Assembly: GCA_018384735.1 (NCBI GenBank)
Contig: JAHAXB010000022.1
Location: forward strand, 68,087-132,086
DNA length: 64,000 nt
Direction of reading: 5' to 3'
DNA from: Eubacteriales bacterium
GTDB lineage: Bacteria > Bacillota > Clostridia > Christensenellales > UBA1242
Of this stretch, positions 30,370 to 37,887 are shown piece after piece. The notes beneath the pieces were generated by a model that did not search any database, had not been told where the DNA came from, and worked only from the letters and a program-made list of their open reading frames with translations. Position 1 is the first letter of the stretch. The number at the start of each line of letters is the position of its first letter. Made by a program: the position numbers and the translations under genes.

Positions 30370-30791
30370 TGGATTTCATGTTAAGTAAAGAAATCATTGC
30401 ACGATTGATTGATACGGCGAAGAATTACGCTGATAATGCTTACTGTCCGTATTCGGGTGTGGCGGTGGGCGCTGCGCTTTTGTGCAGTGATAATATCATT
30501 TTGGGTGGTTGTAACATTGAAACCGGCGACTATGCAGCACCGTCTTTTGGTGCGGGGGACACCGCGATTGCTAAGGCAATTAGCGAGGGTTACAACCAAA
30601 TGTTGGCCATGTGTTTTTATTCCAAGGACCGTTTAGTTTATCCGAACGCTACCACGCGTCAATATTTGTGTGAGTTTAATGGCGACATTAAAATCATTGT
30701 TGCGAATGATCAAACTTACGAAGTAATCGACAGTTTGGGTGCAATCTATTTGTTCCCGCCGGTCGGTGATGGAGATCAAGCAGGCGCATGA
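30366..30791 (+). CDS. cdd: Cytidine deaminase homolog lacking the zinc ligands and catalytic Glu
   Basis: Aligns with B. subtilis Cdd (AYCPYSGVAVGAALL, GCNIE, TAIAKAISEG), but CAER reads GAGD and PCGACRQ reads PNATTRQ. ATGA overlaps with both ybeY and era. Confidence 0.85.
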   Translation: MMDFMLSKEIIARLIDTAKNYADNAYCPYSGVAVGAALLCSDNIILGGCNIETGDYAAPSFGAGDTAIAKAISEGYNQMLAMCFYSKDRLVYPNATTRQYLCEFNGDIKIIVANDQTYEVIDSLGAIYLFPPVGDGDQAGA

Positions 30792-31654
30792 GTACGATTA
30801 ACAAATGTGGCAGTGTTGCGCTGTTGGGCGAACCTAACGCCGGTAAAAGTTCTTTAATCAATGCCTTAGTTGGTTGCAAAGTGGCAATTACCGCACCAAT
30901 GGCGGGAACCACTCGTGACGCAATCCGTGGAATTTTGAATACGGCAAACTCCCAAATTATTTTTGTTGACACGCCGGGGATGCAACGCGCTACCAATTTA
31001 TTGGAACACAAAATGAACCGCGCAATTTCCGGTGCTGTCAAGTCCGCCGATGTGATTTGCTTTGTTTTGGATGTCAACCATGTGACCGATAAAGTGTTAT
31101 CCAAGTTGGCAAACTATCGCGATTTCGGGGTGCCGGTCATTGTTGTTGTTTCCAAAATTGACAGCGCGAAACCTGAAAAATTGTTCCGTGTTTTGGATCA
31201 AATTAAACAATATGATTTTGTGAAAGAATTTGTTCCTGTGTCGTCTGTGAAAAAAATCGGTTTGGAAGAGTTATTGCAATGCTTGGAAAAATATATACCG
31301 GCGGGAAAACCCATCTATGAAAACGAAATTTACACCGACACCAGCGAACGCACCATGGCGGCTGAAATTATCCGTGAAGCCATTATCAACCAACTACGCG
31401 ACGAAGTACCGACCGGCGTTAAGGTTGTGATTACTAAATTTGAAACGGTGGAACGCACAATCAATATTGATGCTGACATTGTTTGCGATAAACCTAACCA
31501 TAAAAAAATCATTATCGGCAACCAAGGCAAATTGATTCGCGCGGTTGGTATTACTGCACGCAAAAAACTGGAAGAACTTTTGGGACAGCACGTTATGTTG
31601 CATACCTTTGTGATTGTGCGCGAGGGTTGGCGCGACCAAACCCAATGGCTGTAA
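30788..31654 (+). CDS. era: GTPase Era
   Basis: G1 GEPNAGKSS, G3 DTPG, G4 reads SKID, C-terminal KH domain. Confidence 0.95.
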   Translation: MSTINKCGSVALLGEPNAGKSSLINALVGCKVAITAPMAGTTRDAIRGILNTANSQIIFVDTPGMQRATNLLEHKMNRAISGAVKSADVICFVLDVNHVTDKVLSKLANYRDFGVPVIVVVSKIDSAKPEKLFRVLDQIKQYDFVKEFVPVSSVKKIGLEELLQCLEKYIPAGKPIYENEIYTDTSERTMAAEIIREAIINQLRDEVPTGVKVVITKFETVERTINIDADIVCDKPNHKKIIIGNQGKLIRAVGITARKKLEELLGQHVMLHTFVIVREGWRDQTQWL

Positions 31655-31658
31655 GAAG

Positions 31659-32546
31659 TTAGTAATACTTTTTGCGGCTGTTGATGAGTTCCCAGTATTG
31701 ATAATCGAGGGAGCGGAAAACGCGTTGCGCACTGATAACGGTAACGTGGGCATTAACCAATGCATCGACCACATCTTGAACACGTTCAGGTTTCAAATTG
31801 ACAATCACTTGGTCGCCACAAAGACGGGCAGGAACTTGGAAAACGTCTTCAAGTACTTTGGCGGCGTAGTTTGGTTCGGCAACGGTTACGCCCAATTTTG
31901 CATTGTCAAGTTCGCGGGCAACCATGGCGTTGTAAGATTGAATGCTGATAATCATGCCGTCATCAATAAATGCAATGGTGTCGCAAAATTCCTCGACCGC
32001 GGAAATCTTGGAGGCCGTAACCATGATTGAGGTGCGGAGTTCCTTACCAATCTTCTTTAACAAAACGCGTAAGTCCTTGGCTTGTTGTTTATCTAAGTTA
32101 GCGAACGGATTATCCAAAATTAAAATGTCGGTGCGTAAAATTAATGGTAAAGACATTTTTAGTAAGTCACGTTCCGCCAAGGTCAATTCGGAAATTTTGT
32201 GGTTATAGTGTTTGCGCAAGTTAAATAACGCCAAAATATTTTTTGCATTGCGTCCGTGGTAAGCGTGGTCGCGTAATTTGCAATAATCCTTAATCGCGTT
32301 TTTCACGGTAATATGGGGCATTAACTGTTCGTGCGGAATAAAAGCGCCCATGTATTGGTTAGCGGAAACTTTAATTGAACCGCGTGTTTTGTGTGATAAA
32401 GTTAAAATCAATTTTGACAATAAACTTTTACCGCTGGCGTGTTCACCTACCAAAGCCAAAATTTCGCCTTCGTGCAAAGTTAAATTAACATCGGTCATTA
32501 ACATTTTTTTAGAATCGGCTTTTTCCAAATTAGTTACTGTTAACAT
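31659..32546 (-). CDS. ABC-type ATPase with degenerate catalytic motifs
   Basis: Walker A GEHASGKS is intact. Signature reads LTLAE, Walker B ILILDN (Glu to Asn), H-loop position TASK (His to Lys). Start ATG 32546 overlaps the upstream stop. The rest of ORF 31659..32822 is an upstream extension. Confidence 0.8.
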   Translation of the reverse strand: MLTVTNLEKADSKKMLMTDVNLTLHEGEILALVGEHASGKSLLSKLILTLSHKTRGSIKVSANQYMGAFIPHEQLMPHITVKNAIKDYCKLRDHAYHGRNAKNILALFNLRKHYNHKISELTLAERDLLKMSLPLILRTDILILDNPFANLDKQQAKDLRVLLKKIGKELRTSIMVTASKISAVEEFCDTIAFIDDGMIISIQSYNAMVARELDNAKLGVTVAEPNYAAKVLEDVFQVPARLCGDQVIVNLKPERVQDVVDALVNAHVTVISAQRVFRSLDYQYWELINSRKKYY

Positions 32547-33535
32547 ACAAACCAACTCCTTTTGTACAAAACAACCATGAAAATGAAACGCACTAACGGG
32601 AACGGTGCAAAAACCAATAACCACAACACTGACGGAGTAGTGGTAGCAAAACTGGAAGCGACCACCAAAACAATTAAAATGAAAGTGAAAATCAACTGGC
32701 GAATACCGGTCGTTTTTTTGTCGAACATCGTTTTGATACGTGGGTAAAAAATGTAGATTGCTAACCAAATTAAAGCGTACAAAACCAAAGTAATGTAAAC
32801 GATACTGTAACATTCTTGGCAAATATTATGGGTTAACGAAAAAATAAAATTGATTAGTACAAACAAAGCCGTGGTCAGCGTCATAGAGACTACGCGCAAA
32901 CGATTAATGAAGACGTAATCGTTGCCCACCGGAATACTGTTCAAATCTAATAATGGGCGCAGGTCGCTGCCACCCGTGGTACCGGACAAGCCGATTGTCG
33001 TTTGTTGGTATTGTGGTGCTGGAGTAGCCGTAATCTTTTCGTTGGGCGCAATGTACGGTGTATACGGCGAAAGTTTGGATTCTTTCTTGGTTGCTGGCGC
33101 CGGTTGCGTTGCCGTGGTCGGCGTTGGGTTAATTTGCAAAACGCGTTTTTCCTCGGGCAGTTCCGACACTAACGGTTTTTTGTTCAACGGCAAAGAAAAA
33201 GCCTCTTCCAAAGAAGCAAAGGTTTTTTGTGCCTTAACCGAATTGTCGGCAATTTGTTGATAATCAATTTTAATCGGATTTTTCGCTAAATATTCGCGTC
33301 CGGTATTGGTAATGTTATAAACGCGGCAACGACCACCAATCGAGGATTCTTTTTGATAACTGTTGACATATTTTTTGTCCGCCATGCGGTGCAAAGAAGA
33401 ATACAAGGTCGGCAAAGACATAATCACCGTATTACCCGATAATCGTTTAATTTCGTCAATCATCTCAGCACCGTACATTGGACGATTGCTGAGCAAATTG
33501 AGAATGGTAATTTCTGTCATTCTACCGCGTGCCAC
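32540..33535 (-). CDS. PadR-family winged-helix regulator fused to a 4-TM membrane domain
   Basis: N-terminal PadR pattern (ILNLLSNRPMYGAEMIDEI...LPTLYSSLHRM...YNITNTGREYL), P/T-rich linker, then four hydrophobic helices. GTG 33535 or ATG 33520. Confidence 0.8.
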   Translation of the reverse strand: MARGRMTEITILNLLSNRPMYGAEMIDEIKRLSGNTVIMSLPTLYSSLHRMADKKYVNSYQKESSIGGRCRVYNITNTGREYLAKNPIKIDYQQIADNSVKAQKTFASLEEAFSLPLNKKPLVSELPEEKRVLQINPTPTTATQPAPATKKESKLSPYTPYIAPNEKITATPAPQYQQTTIGLSGTTGGSDLRPLLDLNSIPVGNDYVFINRLRVVSMTLTTALFVLINFIFSLTHNICQECYSIVYITLVLYALIWLAIYIFYPRIKTMFDKKTTGIRQLIFTFILIVLVVASSFATTTPSVLWLLVFAPFPLVRFIFMVVLYKRSWFVC

Positions 33536-33601
33536 AATACAATTTTAATGTCGAAACAATCCCCTTGTCAAGTCAAACTGGGTTGCGGTATCATCTTTTT
33601 A

Positions 33602-34279
33602 ATGTTAGATCCACGCAATATTATTCGTACTAACAAGCGCACTTTGTCGCTTATGGTTAACGCTAAGGGAGAACTGATTGTGCGTGCGCCTTATAACTAT
33701 CCGGAAAGTAAAATTTTTGCTTTCATCAAGGAAAAAGAAGACTGGATTTTAAAGAAACAACGCGCTATTCGCAGTAACTCCTACATTAACCCCAACGTAG
33801 TCGATTATACGACCTTTTTGTTTCTTGGCAAGGAACTGACCCCGCTGATTACCAAAGATGTGAAAGAGATTATGATTAGCGAAAATAAATTGCTAATTCC
33901 GGCCAGGTTTCCCAGCGAAAAAATTCTTGGCAAGGTCGAAAAATGGTACCGCAAAGTTGCCGCCGAAGTCTTGGTGGAGCGGGTGCGTTACATGGCGGAA
34001 CGCTTGAAGTTACGTCCGAATGAAATTACCACTAACAACAATAAAACCCGCTGGGGCGTATGTGACAGTCATGGTAACATTGCGATCAACTGGCGTGCCA
34101 TCTTTTTACCGCCAAATTTACTGGATTACATTGTGGTACATGAATTGTGTCATTTGTTAGAATTTAACCATACGCCCGCTTTTTGGAATGTTGTGGGCAA
34201 TTGTATTCCAGATTATCAAATGCTAAGAAAACACTTAAAATGCCTAAATTACTTGATTTTGTTGTTCAGAAAGGAGTAA
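33602..34279 (+). CDS. YgjP/DUF45-like zinc metallopeptidase (M48 superfamily)
   Basis: HELCHLLEFNH (HExxH). ATG 33602 follows TTGTCA-18-TATCAT-7 nt. Confidence 0.8.
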   Translation: MLDPRNIIRTNKRTLSLMVNAKGELIVRAPYNYPESKIFAFIKEKEDWILKKQRAIRSNSYINPNVVDYTTFLFLGKELTPLITKDVKEIMISENKLLIPARFPSEKILGKVEKWYRKVAAEVLVERVRYMAERLKLRPNEITTNNNKTRWGVCDSHGNIAINWRAIFLPPNLLDYIVVHELCHLLEFNHTPAFWNVVGNCIPDYQMLRKHLKCLNYLILLFRKE

Positions 34280-34288
34280 AATAACTAT

Positions 34289-35470
34289 ATGGCACAAGAT
34301 CGTGATATTTATTTGGATAACGCTGCAACGACCTATTGTAATGGTGAAGTTTTCTATGCCATGCAACCGTATTTTATTTCTAACTATGGTAACCCGAATT
34401 CTGTTCACCAATCTGGTTATGCTGCTCGTGACGCCGTCGAAAAAGCGCGTGCAGCGGTAGCAAAAATTATTAACGCTGATCCTGATGAAATTTATTTTAC
34501 CTCGGGTGCAACCGAAGCCAACAACTGGGCAATTAAAGGTATTGTATGGGCTTCGCCAATTAAACGTGTTTTGGTAAGTGCGATTGAACACCCGAGTATT
34601 ATCAAAGCGGCACGCTGGTTGGAAAAGCAGGGCGTCGAAGTTGAATACATTAAAGTTGACGAGAATGGAATTATTTCTATTCCGGACTTATTGGCTAAGT
34701 TGGCTAAACCAGCTTGCTTGGTTTCGGTCATGACCGCTAACCACGAAGTTGGTACGGTTCAATACATTAACACCATCGCTAATATTTGCAGTAAGAATAA
34801 TGTTTATTTCCATACTGATGCTACCCAAGCGTTAGAGAGCGTTAGCATTAACGTTAAGGAAATGGATATCACCGCCTTGTCATTATCGGGACATAAAATT
34901 TATGGTCCCAAAGGTGTTGGCGCACTTTACATTAAACGTGGTACCAATATTGATGTTTTCATGCATGGCGGACACCAAGAAAAAGGTATGCGGGGCGGCA
35001 CCTATAATTTGCCGGCCATTGTCGGTTTGGGTAAAGCCGTGGAAATTTGTATGCGTGACGGTAACTCTAACAATGTCCGCATGAAACAATTACGTGACTA
35101 TTTCATTAAAGAAGTTGAAACCAAAATTCCGGGCGTAAAATTAAATGGTCACCGTAACCAACGTTTAAGCAATAACATTAACTTTTCTTTCCTTGGGGTC
35201 ATTGGCGAAAGTATCACCGCTATGTTGGATACTATGGGCATTCGCGCTTCGACCGGTACCGCCAGCACCAGTGAAACCTTAAACCAAAGTTATGTTTTGA
35301 AAGCCATCGGTGTTGCTGATGATTATATCAATGGTTCGGTGCGTTTCACTTTGGGACGCGGAACCACCAAAGAAGATTTGGATTACACAGTTAATTGCCT
35401 GATGACTGTAGTTAAAAAATTACGTACTGTCAGTCCAATCAATTTGAAAGCAGGAGGAGAGAATGTATAA
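34289..35470 (+). CDS. NifS/IscS-like class V PLP enzyme with catalytic Cys replaced by Ser
   Basis: YLDNAATT, HTDATQA, PLP-Lys in SLSGHKIYGPKG, RFTLGR. The active-site loop reads STGTASTS where IscS/NifS have SSGSACTS (Ser326, AGC 35264-35266). Confidence 0.9.
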   Translation: MAQDRDIYLDNAATTYCNGEVFYAMQPYFISNYGNPNSVHQSGYAARDAVEKARAAVAKIINADPDEIYFTSGATEANNWAIKGIVWASPIKRVLVSAIEHPSIIKAARWLEKQGVEVEYIKVDENGIISIPDLLAKLAKPACLVSVMTANHEVGTVQYINTIANICSKNNVYFHTDATQALESVSINVKEMDITALSLSGHKIYGPKGVGALYIKRGTNIDVFMHGGHQEKGMRGGTYNLPAIVGLGKAVEICMRDGNSNNVRMKQLRDYFIKEVETKIPGVKLNGHRNQRLSNNINFSFLGVIGESITAMLDTMGIRASTGTASTSETLNQSYVLKAIGVADDYINGSVRFTLGRGTTKEDLDYTVNCLMTVVKKLRTVSPINLKAGGENV

Positions 35471-35864
35471 CGAAATTATTCAAGCCAGGTTTCAAGATTT
35501 AAAAAATGCCGGCATGATTACTGGTGCAGATGCCGTCGGTCAAGTCGGTAATGTTGGTTCCGGTGATATGGTGCGCATTTATTTGCGCATTGTTGATGGT
35601 GTCATTAAAGATGCCAAGTTCAAAACCTTTGGTAGTGTTTATGGCTTAGTGGCCAGCGATATTCTGTGCGATATGCTGAAAAACACCCGTGTCGAAGACG
35701 CTTTACTAATCAAAGGTGAAGATATCGTTAAAGCCTTAAATGGTTTACCTGATAATAAATTACATATTGCTGATTTAGCACAGTCCGTTGTTGCCGATGC
35801 CATTGCAGATTACCGTAAAAAATTAGAAAGATTGGCCGCTAAAGCCAATGTAAAAAAGAAGTGA
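35463..35864 (+). CDS. IscU/NifU-N-like protein lacking all three cluster-ligand cysteines
   Basis: Collinear with IscU. GNVGSGD (Cys37 to Ser33), KTFGSVYG (Cys63 to Ser58), KLHIAD (Cys106 to Ile102). Asp and His equivalents kept. AGGAGG SD. 8-nt overlap with the nifS-like gene. Confidence 0.85.
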   Translation: MYNEIIQARFQDLKNAGMITGADAVGQVGNVGSGDMVRIYLRIVDGVIKDAKFKTFGSVYGLVASDILCDMLKNTRVEDALLIKGEDIVKALNGLPDNKLHIADLAQSVVADAIADYRKKLERLAAKANVKKK

Positions 35865-35868
35865 GTCC

Positions 35869-36927
35869 ATGTTAGATTATAGTGTCATTCAAAAAGCCAA
35901 GTTAAAACTTGACGCAATTCACGAATTAGTCGCGTCAAAAAAGGATGAGTTAGCAACCTTATTAAAAAAACAAGAACAAGATTGGAACAATGTTGCCCAA
36001 AATAAGCGCATCAAATCTTTGCAAGAGTTCTGCGACGAGTTTGATACCGTGGAACATGATTTGACGGATTTTTTGGAATTAACCGCTGTATGTTCCGAAG
36101 CCGAATTAGCCGATGAATATGCACGCGTCAAAAAACAATTTGATGATTTTTATGTTAAGACTTTGTTGGTTGGTAAATACGACGGTTGTAACTGTGTTTT
36201 GAACATTACCGCCGGTGCCGGTGGAACCGAAGCGCAAGACTGGGCAGAAATGGTCATGCGTATGATGTGCCGTTTTGCTGAACAACAAAATTTCGATTAT
36301 GAAATTACTGATGTTGAAGAAGGCGACGGCGCGGGCGTTAAAGGTGCTTCAATTGCGGTCAACGGCGTCAATGCTTACGGTATTTTCAAAAGCGAAGCCG
36401 GTGTACATCGCTTGGTTCGTATTAGTCCTTTCGACGCAAATAAACGTCGTCATACCAGTTTCGTCGCGGTCGAAGTTATCCCACAAATTGAAAAAACCGA
36501 ATACAAAGTTGAAGAAAAAGATTTGCGCATCGATGTTTATCGTGCTTCGGGCGCAGGCGGACAACACATTAACAAAACCGAAAGCGCGGTGCGTATTACT
36601 CACATTCCGACCGGTATTGTTTGTACTTGTCAAAATGGTCGCAGTCAAATTCAAAACCGCCAAACATGTATGCAAAACCTGTTATCTAAATTGGAATATA
36701 TCCACTTTGAAAATGAACGCCGCAAGTTAAAAAACTTGCAACCGGTGCAAATGAAAATTGAATGGGGCAGTCAAATCCGCAGTTATGTTTTCTGCCCGTA
36801 TACCATGGTTAAAGACCATCGTACTGGTGCCGAAACTTCCAACGTGGAAAAAGTTATGGATGGTGATTTGAAGATGTTCTCCGACGCTTTCTTGTTACAA
36901 AATGCCGAGGAAAACCAATCATGCTAA
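35869..36927 (+). CDS. prfB: Peptide chain release factor 2, single uninterrupted ORF
   Basis: SPF tripeptide (RISPFD), GGQ (SGAGGQHINKTES). The ORF begins MLDY..., at the position that follows the frameshift site in canonical prfB. Confidence 0.93.
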   Translation: MLDYSVIQKAKLKLDAIHELVASKKDELATLLKKQEQDWNNVAQNKRIKSLQEFCDEFDTVEHDLTDFLELTAVCSEAELADEYARVKKQFDDFYVKTLLVGKYDGCNCVLNITAGAGGTEAQDWAEMVMRMMCRFAEQQNFDYEITDVEEGDGAGVKGASIAVNGVNAYGIFKSEAGVHRLVRISPFDANKRRHTSFVAVEVIPQIEKTEYKVEEKDLRIDVYRASGAGGQHINKTESAVRITHIPTGIVCTCQNGRSQIQNRQTCMQNLLSKLEYIHFENERRKLKNLQPVQMKIEWGSQIRSYVFCPYTMVKDHRTGAETSNVEKVMDGDLKMFSDAFLLQNAEENQSC

Positions 36928-37859
36928 CCTTAGGCATTGAAACATCGTGTGATGAAACCAGCGTGGCGGTTATTGATGATAAGTTTCAAATTCGCTCCAA
37001 TGTTATCATCTCACAGATTGACATTCATCAAGCGTTCGGCGGAGTAGTACCAGAAATTGCGGCGCGCAACCACATTGAAAATATTTTACCGGTTTTGGAC
37101 GAGGCCTTGAAAAAAGCTAATTTAACCTTATCCCAAATCGACCAAGTGGCGGCTACCACTCAACCAGGATTACCGGGCGCCGTGATGGTGGGACGTGTAT
37201 TCGGGCGCAGTTTGGCTAATGCGCTTGATGTGCCTTTTGTCGCGATTAACCATTTACATGGACACATGTCCAGTTTGCGTTTGTCAAATCCGGATTTACA
37301 ACCGCCAATGTTGTGCCTGTTGGTTTCGGGCGGACATACTATTTTGTACCGCGTCAACGAAAACTGGGAAACGCAAATGTTGTGTACTACTGCGGACGAT
37401 GCTGTCGGTGAGGCCTTTGATAAGGTCGCACGCGTGCTGGGTTTGGCTTATCCGGGTGGACCCAAAATTTCTGAACATGCTGACATGAATTTAAGTTTCA
37501 AACCAATCCTTAATCAATTTCCTAAAAACACTTTTTCTTATTCCGGTTTAAAAACCGCCGTTTTGAATTACATTAACCGTGAAAAACAAAAAGGCAACCC
37601 CATTAAATTACCGGAGATTTGCGCTAATTTTCAATACTGTGCTGTTCTGCAATTACTGATCCGCACGCGCGAATATCTACAAAACACTGGGATTAAAACC
37701 TTGGGAATTTGTGGGGGAGTTTCGGCTAACCGTTATCTGCGTGAACAATTCCAAAAACTGTGCGATGAATTGGGGGTAAAGTTGTATTTGCCCAAACCGG
37801 AATTGTGTGGCGATAACGCGGCAATGATTGCGTCCGCCGCCGTGCTCGGTATAAAATAA
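36921..37859 (+). CDS. tsaD: tRNA N6-threonylcarbamoyladenosine synthase TsaD
   Basis: LGIETSCDETSVAV, NHLHGHM, GGVSAN. Confidence 0.93.
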   Translation: MLTLGIETSCDETSVAVIDDKFQIRSNVIISQIDIHQAFGGVVPEIAARNHIENILPVLDEALKKANLTLSQIDQVAATTQPGLPGAVMVGRVFGRSLANALDVPFVAINHLHGHMSSLRLSNPDLQPPMLCLLVSGGHTILYRVNENWETQMLCTTADDAVGEAFDKVARVLGLAYPGGPKISEHADMNLSFKPILNQFPKNTFSYSGLKTAVLNYINREKQKGNPIKLPEICANFQYCAVLQLLIRTREYLQNTGIKTLGICGGVSANRYLREQFQKLCDELGVKLYLPKPELCGDNAAMIASAAVLGIK

Positions 37860-37887
37860 TTGTCAATTTGTAAATTATCATTTATAG

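Noticed and set aside
30788-31654. Era G4 motif reads SKID instead of NKxD, which could mean altered nucleotide specificity.
   Set aside because: It is a single conservative deviation, G1 and G3 are canonical, and I cannot judge its significance without an alignment. It is noted only as an annotation remark.
35868-35883. Possible cryptic +1 frameshift site in prfB (TTA TAG T in the alternative frame).
   Set aside because: The upstream 0 frame is closed by TGA at 35862 and contains no start codon. A UAG stop would not report RF2 levels. The ORF from ATG 35869 is complete on its own.
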